This document shows, piece by piece, positions 22,104 through 30,217 of a stretch of DNA of 30,217 nt. The position numbers and the translations under genes were made by a program. Below the pieces are notes generated by a model. It worked only from the letters and a program-made list of their open reading frames with translations. It was not told the origin of the DNA and searched no databases. Numbering within the stretch: the first letter of the stretch is position 1; each line of letters starts with the position of its first letter. Origin of the DNA: Nitrososphaeraceae archaeon (GTDB taxonomy: Archaea; Thermoproteota; Nitrososphaeria; Nitrososphaerales; Nitrososphaeraceae); contig DATGZA010000020.1 in assembly GCA_035297365.1 (NCBI GenBank), positions 1-30,217 on the forward strand. Reading direction: 5' to 3'.

Positions 22104-22244
22104 ATGTATTTGAATTGTAGTACATGTAAGAAGGAGTTTAATAATTTTGTTGAAGGAGTAAAATATTCCAGCTCAGTCATGGGTATTATATCATTTTGTT
22201 CAGATAACTGTTGTAAAGCATATCTTAATGAAAAATTGAAATAG
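22104..22244 (+). CDS. 46-aa TRASH/YHS-like metal-binding microprotein
   Basis: MYLNCSTCKKEF...SFCSDNCCKAYLNEKLK*; below the ORF-track size cutoff. Confidence 0.6.
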   Translation: MYLNCSTCKKEFNNFVEGVKYSSSVMGIISFCSDNCCKAYLNEKLK

Positions 22245-22573
22245 CTAAATTTCTTAATATCAAGAAAACCAATAATTTTGCGATAAATAAAAAGGATCTA
22301 TTAAAATTAAAAATACTGTTTAAAAAATAACTAATTCAGTTTTTTGTTGATATAGATTTATCTAAGTATCAGAATACACTTTCTTATTTTTCACCTAAAA
22401 GAATAGAAAATTTGAGATACTATTATGCAGGAGTAGTTTTTTTATTAATGGATTATATGAATTTAGCATTAGAGAATTTTAAGATAATAGAAGATGATAA
22501 GTCGATCAAAGGGTATAAGGATTATAAAACTTATAAAATAAATTATTTTAATTAATAAAAATAAAAGGAAATT

Positions 22574-22944
22574 TCACTCTCGCAAGAAATTTCTTAGTCT
22601 TGCTTGTTCAAATTCTATCATTGCTAATGTTGGATTATGTTGATTATAAAAAGTCTCTGCATTTTTCATAGCCAATTCTATGGATATTTTTGCTTCTTCT
22701 TCTGATCTTCTTGGCTGTTCTTCTGCAAGTTCAATTGTTTTTTTACCAGTTCTTCTGTAAATCCCAATTGTTCTTTTATCTGTTCTTGTGTAAATTCCAT
22801 TTGTTTTTTTACCTGTTCTTGTGTAAGTTGCATTTGTTTTTTTACCTGTTCTTGTGTAAGTTCCATTTGTTTTTTAAAATTTTCTTGCATTTGTTGATTC
22901 AATCGATTCCAAAACTCTTTTTGCCAAATATCAATGTCACTCAT
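22574..22944 (-). pseudogene. Coiled-coil protein with 11-aa repeats, probably frameshifted near 22733
   Basis: QMELTQEQVKK repeats; the register resumes as ELAEEQ in another frame that stays open to TGA at 22574-22576. Confidence 0.55.
22729..22875. repeat. 33-bp tandem repeat, about 4.5 units
   Basis: TTCCATTTGTTTTTTTACCTGTTCTTGTGTAAG-like units at 22729, 22762, 22795, 22828, partial at 22861. Confidence 0.9.
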
Positions 22945-23044
22945 CTTAATTATTCAATAACAGGAAGATGCTATTAAATATTAATAATTAATTTTAAAAA
23001 TATTTCGATACATTTTTGATCTTTGATACTGGTATGATTTATAC

Positions 23045-23812
23045 TGCTTTGTTGCATAACTCATTCTTCCTAACACATTTACCTAACCTATTTTAGGCAT
23101 ATTATGTTAACTAGAGAAATTACATGAGTCTCTTGTTAAACGTGATGAGATATTAGTTGATTTTGATGTTATAGATAACTAGGATAATGACCTCGAGGAG
23201 ATGAATAAGGACAAGGAAGGTAGAAAATTCGTATATCCATGAATGGATTAAACATAAGTGGAATGTAAAGAGAGATTATCTAAAGATATATGTAGCGGTT
23301 GAAATTAAAAGAAAGAGAATTTTATCATTACATTTAACCAGCAGTAACAGGTACATGATGATAAAATACTATCAAAATTAGTTGAGGATATAACAATAAA
23401 GCAGAATAAGCAAGTAGAAATTACTATCTCAGACGGTTCGTATGACAGTAACAGGAATTTTCAATTCCTATCATTTAAGGGAATTGACCAGCAATCAAAG
23501 TAGAAAGAATTCCAGATGCAGTAAGAAGACCAATCACGATCTTACAAGAAAAAAGATTGCGAATATAGAAATAACTTCCAAGAATCGAAAGCTAACGTTA
23601 GCTACAGACAAAGGTGGATTGTAGAACTGTCTTCTCTTGCATCAAGAGAATATTTGGGGAATATGTTACTGCTATTAGATTTCAGAATATGATAAAGGAG
23701 ATAATATTGAATGTATAATTGTACAACTTTTTGAGAAGCACGACTACTTTAACATGATTACAGATTAGACGAAAATAAAAAACATTGTCTAAAGGAGTTA
23801 TGCAACAAAGCA
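23045..23812 (+). mobile_element. Internally deleted, degraded IS5-family (IS903-like) element
   Basis: Perfect 18-bp TIRs TGCTTTGTTGCATAACTC / GAGTTATGCAACAAAGCA; transposase relics ESLVKR...MNKDKEGRKFVYP, EWIKHKW, DGSYDS, RWIVE. Confidence 0.92.
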
Positions 23813-24009
23813 TTGCAGAGTAAAAGGTGTTAACATATGTTAGGATAGTATGCCATCAAAAATTCTTGTTGTTATTAAAATGTTCTATTAAAAGTTTAAT
23901 GGTTGTACTAAACATTCTGAATATACTATTTTATTATAAAATGGTACCGTTTACACGGAAGTAAAAAAATTTCATACTAGTTAAATATTTTAAGACTAAA
24001 TAATTATTA

Positions 24010-24090
24010 ATGATTTGGCAAATAATATCCGCAGTTGTAGGAATAATAATTTTAATACTGCTGTTGAGATTCCTTTTTGGAATAATATAA
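24010..24090 (+). CDS. 26-aa single-TM microprotein
   Basis: MIWQIISAVVGIIILILLLRFLFGII*. Confidence 0.45.
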   Translation: MIWQIISAVVGIIILILLLRFLFGII

Positions 24091-24105
24091 CAGGATTGGA
24101 TACTA

Positions 24106-24336
24106 ATGATGAATTTTACTTCAAAATTTATTCAGGCTGCACTAGCTCTCTCCTCGTTCAAGGTAGAAGAAATCAAAAATAACAGAATCAAAGAATTACT
24201 AGAAATAAAATCAAAAATTAAAGATAATCCTATAGCAGTAGAAAATTGGTTTGATAATGAAATCAATAAAATAATAAATGTGACAGAAAACAGTGCATCA
24301 GTCGATATTGAGTCTTTGATAAACAAAATAAAATAA
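24106..24336 (+). CDS. Hypothetical helical protein
   Basis: 76-aa ORF 15 nt after the TM peptide. Confidence 0.5.
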   Translation: MMNFTSKFIQAALALSSFKVEEIKNNRIKELLEIKSKIKDNPIAVENWFDNEINKIINVTENSASVDIESLINKIK

Positions 24337-24373
24337 TAAAAATTTTAATATAAAAATGTAGATAGTTATTACA

Positions 24374-24469
24374 TTGAAATGTTCTGAACGTATGTGTGAT
24401 AAAGAAGATTGTAAAGCTAGCCAGTCACTATTTGAATGTTCGGGTTGTATTCTCAATATATGTTGTTGA
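24374..24469 (+). CDS. 31-aa Cys-rich microprotein
   Basis: TTG start; MKCSERMCDKEDCKASQSLFECSGCILNICC* (7 Cys). Confidence 0.4.
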   Translation: MKCSERMCDKEDCKASQSLFECSGCILNICC

Positions 24470-24518
24470 TGGAAAAGTTTTCATTTTATTAAAATAGCAA
24501 TAATAATTAGTTAACAGA

Positions 24519-24600
24519 TGTATTCCATTACCAGAGAAACTGTACAATATTACAAGAAGATTGAGAACTGTACGAGGTAGAAAGTTACTTTCCTGATTTC
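24519..24600 (+). mobile_element. Short internal transposase fragment (ISL2-like, DDE_Tnp_4 type)
   Basis: CIPLPEKLYNITRRLRTV then, after a frameshift, EVESYFPDF; recognised from memory of thaumarchaeal transposases. Confidence 0.55.
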
Positions 24601-24781
24601 TTTAAAGCGTATAAATGGTCCTGAAATACTTGAATTATATAAGGTAGAGTTTCTATTGTATCTTCAGTGGCTTTATTAAATAAGTTTCTAAGAATTTTTC
24701 TCTCTAATATTTATCAATAATATAAACTTGTTAAAAGATTTTGTCTTGTTTGTTCACGTATCATATTGAATAATTTAGTTA
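24597..24781. repeat. Segmental duplication 1, decayed copy
   Basis: Matches 6994-7181, but the start-codon region is altered (TCTCTCTAATAT vs TCTCTATCCAACAT). Confidence 0.95.
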
Positions 24782-24963
24782 ATTTAATATGATATTTTCC
24801 ACAATTAGTGAAAAGTAAATGATAACAACGGTAATTAACTGATAGCATATAAAAACAAGATGATAACAATAAAAATATTAAAACTACTTTTTAATGCCTC
24901 AATATTTGCTGATTCCACTATATTTTTCACTTTTATATGATTCATATTTACAGATGCTAATAA

Positions 24964-25146
24964 ATAAATGGAAGAATCCCTGAAGGTTTACTTTGTGCAA
25001 AATTTCAATGCTATAACAAGCCAAGAAATCAATGTTCTGAATGTTCAATTTATTATTGCATTGAACATGTAACATCACATATTCATACTGAAACTTTCCA
25101 AGATTTACATAGAGAACAAGAACGAGATATAGACAATACCAGATAG
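24964..25146 (+). pseudogene. AN1-like Zn-finger small protein lacking an in-frame ATG
   Basis: CAKFQC-x7-CSEC-x4-CIEHVTSHIH; ATG at 24968 is out of frame. Confidence 0.5.
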
Positions 25147-25346
25147 ATTCCTTTTTATTATTAATCCCTTTATTGGTAACAATAAGTATTAAGTACTTGA
25201 TTTATAAATATATTTTATCTTTTCAATGTGATCCTTTAATTAAAAAATAAAATTAAAAAGATATATGAAGAGTGGCTTTATCAAAATACAATACACATTC
25301 CCAATGAATAGATATCTTTAATATATTAGAAATTATTTTACGAGTA

Positions 25347-26081
25347 TTGATTAAGGATACCACTCATCTAGAATTACACATCAAAGAAAGTAATTATATC
25401 CGGGATATTATATTCGGATTTGGAGACGGTATAAACACCTCTCTGGGAATTGTTGCTGGAGTAGGAGGAGCTTTAATAGTAGCTGATGTTGTTATTCTTG
25501 CTGCATTAGTAGGAATGTTCACTGGTGCAAAAGCAATGGCAGTCCAGAATTATCTTGCAGTAAAGTCTCAGCGGGAAATATTAGAATCAGAAATAAAGCG
25601 AGAAGAGTTTGAGATAAAAAATATGCCTAATGAAGAAAGAAAGGAGATCGAAGATATATACCGTGCCAAAGGATTTGAAGGAGAACAGCTTGAGAATATT
25701 GTAGAAAAAATAACATCAAACAAAGACGTATGGCTCAAGACCATGTTGACTGAAGAATTAGGACTTAATCTTGACATTCTTGGTAGTCCCTTGAAGGGTG
25801 CATTAGTGATGTTTGGATCTTTCCTATTAGGTGGTATCCTCCCTATTCTTCCTTATTTTGTAGTCAAAGCTGGAGTTATATCTTCAATAACTGCTATTGG
25901 AATAGCTATTGTCATCAGTGTTTTGTCTTCTTTCATAGTTGGTGCATTAAAGGCTCGTATGGCAAAGAAAAATTGGATCAAAGGGGGAATAGAAATGGCT
26001 GGACTAGGAACAGGTATAGCATTAGTAGGTTATGGTCTAGGAGCTGAACTTGCAAAAACAGGAATCGTAAACGTTCAATAA
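25347..26081 (+). CDS. VIT1/CCC1-family Fe/Mn transporter
   Basis: IRDIIFGFGDGI, MAVQNYLAVKSQRE, YRAKGF, MLTEELGL. Confidence 0.92.
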   Translation: MIKDTTHLELHIKESNYIRDIIFGFGDGINTSLGIVAGVGGALIVADVVILAALVGMFTGAKAMAVQNYLAVKSQREILESEIKREEFEIKNMPNEERKEIEDIYRAKGFEGEQLENIVEKITSNKDVWLKTMLTEELGLNLDILGSPLKGALVMFGSFLLGGILPILPYFVVKAGVISSITAIGIAIVISVLSSFIVGALKARMAKKNWIKGGIEMAGLGTGIALVGYGLGAELAKTGIVNVQ

Positions 26082-26394
26082 ATGATACTTTAACACCCCA
26101 TTTTTGACATCCAAATAAAACGCGTTAATCAATAGAAACATATTTTAATAGCCGATAAATAAACAGATTTAATAGTTTTAATATAGATTTCCAAAATAAA
26201 GCTTTTGTTACATAAGATTTATTTTAAAAGTGCAAGTAAAAGAGTAGAGAATAGTGAGCTGAAACGTTATTGTTGAAAAATTGGTTTAGCTCATTGTGTT
26301 TAGTGTTAAGATTATTTTCTAGCTCATTACTATTGTCTTCTTGTGGTTATGTTTCTTTTTCTCTTTTTCTTTTTTAAATTTAAATCATATGGAC

Positions 26395-27195
26395 AACATA
26401 CGTCACATTCGACTCATTGCAATACAATGGGCTTCTCTTGGACTCTTCTAATGTTTGAATGGTTTAGCAACCTGTGTCATAGATCCCTTACTTTGCTGAT
26501 ATCCCTGATCTTAAATGTTTTTTCATTATATCCGAAATAATAGGCAAGTTGTTCATTGCCTGCACATATTTGTTTGATCAATTCCTCCACTCTAATCCCT
26601 GCAAATTCCTTAATTTCCTTGAGTAAGGCCAAACTTTTTTTGATATGCTAGATCTTTAGGTGATCGAGATATTACTACATTTTCTGAAAGCCCAAAAGCA
26701 TCACATTATAGAACTACATTGTTTCCTTTGCATCCTCCTCATCGACTACTTCCTTTAATTTCAATCTAGCAATTACTTTTGTGACTTTCAATAATGTTTT
26801 AAAGACCCTGGAAGATCCGAAGACTTTGAGACTGACCTCCTTATAGAGCTCCCGTACCATTATTCTGGCTTCAACATTCAAAATAGGATTGAATTGATTT
26901 GATTAGAAATCCCGTATAATCTGGTAGTTCCCCCTTAACCTTTTTTCTTCAACTTCACTCAGTCTGTCAATGAAATAGTCATTATCTTCTTTTGATTTAC
27001 GTTTCTTGAATGGAAAGATAGGATCAAAGCAATCTAACACCGTGTTCAGTATAGGAAACTCATTCAGGTCGATTTTATTGTTATGTTTCCAGTTTGCTCG
27101 ATTCACCGAATTTGCTAAAGGCATAATACTGGTAGGGGATCCTATTGTGGCCTTATTCCATGTTTGTTTATCGAAAAAGGTCTCCTATGCATGCC
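26395..27195 (-). pseudogene. MCM-like AAA+ helicase pseudogene (C-terminal part)
   Basis: FSINKHGI/ATIGSPTSI..AN, LDCFDPIF (cf. SRFDLIF), SRVFKTLLKVTKVIARLKLKEVVDEEDAKET (MCM lid region); multiple stops and frameshifts. Confidence 0.75.
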
Positions 27196-27384
27196 AATAG
27201 TAATTATTGTAAATAATTAATTATAGAAACAGCTTTATTTTTAAATATACCATCTTTGTGTAACATAAGTTATAATTAAAATACAATCAAATATATACTA
27301 AAAATAATGATTGATTTCTATATCGGTGGCAAATTTGTATTATATTAAGGTTATAGTTATATATTTGTAATAAATCATTATATT

Positions 27385-28029
27385 ATGAGTAATGATAAAG
27401 ATCCTTCTATATCTTCAGATGCTAAAGAAAATGTTTTAGATAGGGAAGTAAGTGAAACAATTCATGCTGACGGAAGTGTTACACCAGAAATAGAACAAGA
27501 AGAACAACAATCACAATTAGGAAATAAATCCAAGGAATTACAAGATTATTCAATTTCAAAAGATAACCTTCCTTCTTTTAAGAAAATATTAGTTACTGAT
27601 GATGGAAAAGATATATCAAATAAAGCACTTAATTATGCTGTCTCTTTATCTAATTCCACTGGAGCAGAATTATTCATACTTCGTATATTGCACGATTTTG
27701 AAAAATTTGGAAATGTTTCCTTAGAAGGCTCATATGAAAAATCAGAAAGGGATAATCAACAAGAGTTTCATAGAAATATCAAAGGTGATGTAATAGATGC
27801 TATGGAAGAAAAAATAAAGAAATGTCAAGAAGCTGGATGTCAAAATAAAATTTCTTATAAATTTCTAACTGGTAATGTAGTCGATGAAATAGTGAATGAA
27901 ATTAATAATAATAGCTATGATTTGGTCGTTATGTTAACTTATCATATAGATTCATGGTTTAGCTCATTATTTAGTGATGTCAGAAAAATAATGAATCATA
28001 TTAGTAAACCTATTTTGATAATACAATAA
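27385..28029 (+). CDS. Universal stress protein (USP) with acidic N-terminal extension
   Basis: FKKILVTDDGKDISNKALNYA, GNVVDEIV, DLVVM, KPILII. Confidence 0.88.
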   Translation: MSNDKDPSISSDAKENVLDREVSETIHADGSVTPEIEQEEQQSQLGNKSKELQDYSISKDNLPSFKKILVTDDGKDISNKALNYAVSLSNSTGAELFILRILHDFEKFGNVSLEGSYEKSERDNQQEFHRNIKGDVIDAMEEKIKKCQEAGCQNKISYKFLTGNVVDEIVNEINNNSYDLVVMLTYHIDSWFSSLFSDVRKIMNHISKPILIIQ

Positions 28030-28424
28030 ATTCAGATAAATGAAATCTTACAAACTATACTAATACTAAATTAATCTTATGTCTGATAGAGAAAAACCAG
28101 ATTATAGAAATTCTATTAGAGTCTATAAGTGAAGTAGAATCATTATGTGTAAGAATTACTAGAAATAAGAAAGATGTATAAGGTCAAGCATTAAATTATG
28201 TAAAAGAAAATCCAAACAATATAAAAATTTCAATTCCAGAAAGTAAATGAAGCTTTTAAAAATTTATATTTATATACGAATTCATCAAATGGGATTCGTC
28301 ATACACTATATGAACCCATTCTTTATTTTTCTGATGCTCTTTTTATGTTAGTATCTTGTTCTACTTTTATTTATTATTTAGTTTCTAAAACTTATGATGT
28401 AAAAATAAAAGCATCTTGAAGGAT

Positions 28425-28531
28425 ATCGATGGTGGGCCCTAGAAAACTACTGTCCCGTTGGGAGTAATACCGATAGCGGTGCGAAAATAAGAGTCTAATA
28501 TTATAGCAAACAGAGATAATATTTAGGAATT
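28425..28531. repeat. Dispersed element copy 6 (type A)
   Basis: CCCTAGAAAACTACTGTCCCGTTGGGAGTAATACCGATAGCGGTGCGAAAATAAGAGTCTAA with ACCG at 28469; TATTTAG at 28520. Confidence 0.95.
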
Positions 28532-28744
28532 ATTTCATCGGTTTATTATTTTGGTTTTGTTATTTTCAGTACTTAAAAATGCAGAATTGGGTAATCTCAA
28601 TTCTATTAGATGTTCCTCCAATTTTTAGAAAAGAATTATACTGTATGAATTTTTCTTACTAACTAATTATAGTACTAACTAATCATAGTATCAATTAGAA
28701 AAATTATTAATGGTTGTTAAATCATTGTAGATGTTATATTCTTC

Positions 28745-29134
28745 TTAATCTTTATATTCTAATTTGAATTTGACAGTACTGTCCTCATCTTTTGGTAATT
28801 CTTTGGTTTGACAGTATTTAGAATTATCAGCTGATTCTTCTAAACATACTTTAACATTATCTCCTGCCTCACCAGATATAGTTTCCTTTAATTTTTCTGT
28901 ATCATCATTTATGTTTACTGTTGTTTCTACCTTATCATCTTCTGTTTTGATAGAGACGTCTGCTTCCGAATCGGCATTTGCGTCATTCTCGATAGATATA
29001 TCAAGTTTATAATCTTCTGCAAAAGATTGAGTCACCAGGAAGGAGGAAACAAATAAAGTTACTATCATTGATAAAGATATAATAAAGGTTATGTTAAATC
29101 GTAGATAATTTTTGTCCTTAATTATATTATTCAT
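28745..29134 (-). CDS. Secreted acidic hypothetical protein
   Basis: Signal peptide ending QSFA; two Cys in the mature part. Confidence 0.7.
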   Translation of the reverse strand: MNNIIKDKNYLRFNITFIISLSMIVTLFVSSFLVTQSFAEDYKLDISIENDANADSEADVSIKTEDDKVETTVNINDDTEKLKETISGEAGDNVKVCLEESADNSKYCQTKELPKDEDSTVKFKLEYKD

Positions 29135-29301
29135 ATTTGTTATTTATTATTATTACTTTATAAAAATTTTTAAATACATATATCTATAAAAGAATCCAGA
29201 ATTAAATACAGTATAATATTCTATTTAATATATGGTATTCTTAAATTTTATTAATTATGAAATGAGTTATTTAAGTTAATCATTTTCCAAATATAACCCA
29301 G

Positions 29302-29491
29302 GTAGGAGGATTTCACTACTATCATGTACGTCGATTTTATTATTAGAAACTTATTTTTTAAATTGTATTTGAAATGTTAAGGTACGTGAATTTGAAGGAA
29401 ATTTGTGAGGGAGGGAGTTAATACCGATAGCGGTGCAAAAGTAAGAGTCTAATGTTATGGTACAAAGAGATATTATTCAAGATTTACTTCA
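29302..29491. repeat. Dispersed element copy 7 (type B)
   Basis: GGGAGTTAATACCGATAGCGGTGCAAAAGTAAGAGTCTAA with ACCG at 29423; TATTCAAGATTTACTTCA at 29474. Confidence 0.95.
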
Positions 29492-29537
29492 CATCTTAAT
29501 ATTGATAACAAAGGTTTTTATTAATTAATATAATATT

Positions 29538-29999
29538 TTAATGACTTTTTGACATAGATGTATTTTCAGTACTATCTTTCGTGTTAGATTTTCCTTTTAC
29601 TTTTGTTATTTTTGCTTTTGTTATTCTTAAAAGCATTTCTCTCATTTCCTGCTTTTCTCTATCAGTAAGTTTCCCATCTATTAGATCTATGACAAAAAGC
29701 CAGAGCGTTGCTCCAATTTTATTCTCTTTAAATAATGCTTCAGAATCTACCTTCAATTGATTCTTTCTATGCCAAAACCCTATAATGATTGAAAGAGGTA
29801 TATATATAGCGAAGAATATCAAAGCAAATCCTATAATATTTCCCCCCATGAACGAATTTATGAAAGGAACCTTATCAATCAATAATTTATATTGAATAAC
29901 TATAAACTCTGAAAATGTTATCAAAAAAATAAGATATATACCATTTCCTTGTCTAAAATCCAACCATCGTCTACGAAAAAAATTAATATTTATTTTCAT
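29538..29999 (-). CDS. Hypothetical membrane protein
   Basis: RRRWLDFRQG followed by two TM segments. Confidence 0.75.
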   Translation of the reverse strand: MKININFFRRRWLDFRQGNGIYLIFLITFSEFIVIQYKLLIDKVPFINSFMGGNIIGFALIFFAIYIPLSIIIGFWHRKNQLKVDSEALFKENKIGATLWLFVIDLIDGKLTDREKQEMREMLLRITKAKITKVKGKSNTKDSTENTSMSKSH

Positions 30000-30217
30000 T
30001 ATATTTTTAGTTCTATTTTTTAGATTAATTGTTTACATGTATTTTGTTATATTTATTAGTTTTTTTTCTTAGAACCTATCCTATCCCAAAAATAGATAAT
30101 AATATGGCTCATTGGTTCCTATATTACAATGATAATTGAATAACAGCAGCAAGAATAATTCACATTGGAACAATTATACGTATTCCATATGATCTTTACA
30201 ACTAAATTAATATTTTA
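29987..30217. repeat. Segmental duplication 2, copy B (contains an IS5 left end from 30069; runs off the window)
   Basis: Matches 16871-17095 apart from a few substitutions, a longer T run and a 5-nt insertion in the IS end. Confidence 0.95.

Noticed and set aside
22690-22977. 95-aa hydrophobic repeat ORF on +
   Set aside because: Antisense shadow of the Gln/Glu/Lys repeat gene.
23442-23624. 60-aa ORF
   Set aside because: A piece of the degraded IS903-like transposase region, not a separate gene.
24132-27200. ORFs 24132..24326(-), 25568..25777(-), 26343..26540(+), 27006..27200(+)
   Set aside because: Antisense shadows of the 24106 gene, the VIT1 gene and the MCM pseudogene.

Overview
AT-rich archaeal DNA. 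The gene families point to a soil ammonia-oxidising archaeon (Nitrososphaeraceae); this is an inference. The window is an accessory, rearrangement-prone region with no core operons, rRNA, tRNA or CRISPR array. It holds unrelated 1-3-gene modules: CDF and VIT1 metal transporters, an ABM-domain gene, a cupredoxin, an F420-type PPOX/LLM pair, a matrixin, DUF899/ArsR/SRPBCC, a TPR protein, a class III cyclase and a USP. These are mixed with IS630 and IS5-family debris, pseudogenes (P450, SnoaL-like, MCM-like helicase) and two ~200-bp segmental duplications. The most striking unexplained structure is a dispersed intergenic element, core TAA(T/C)ACCG-ATAG-CGGTGCAAAAATAAGAGTC, found in 7 clear copies, all in the same orientation. 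Six copies carry a TATTTA-like box a fixed 24-26 nt to the right, and six lie just 3' of a minus-strand ORF. The copies fall into two left-flank types, and one copy sits next to what looks like a truncated tyrosine-integrase gene. It may be the recombination site of an undescribed integron-like cassette system, or a promoter-bearing ncRNA family. All family assignments come from motif recognition, not database searches.
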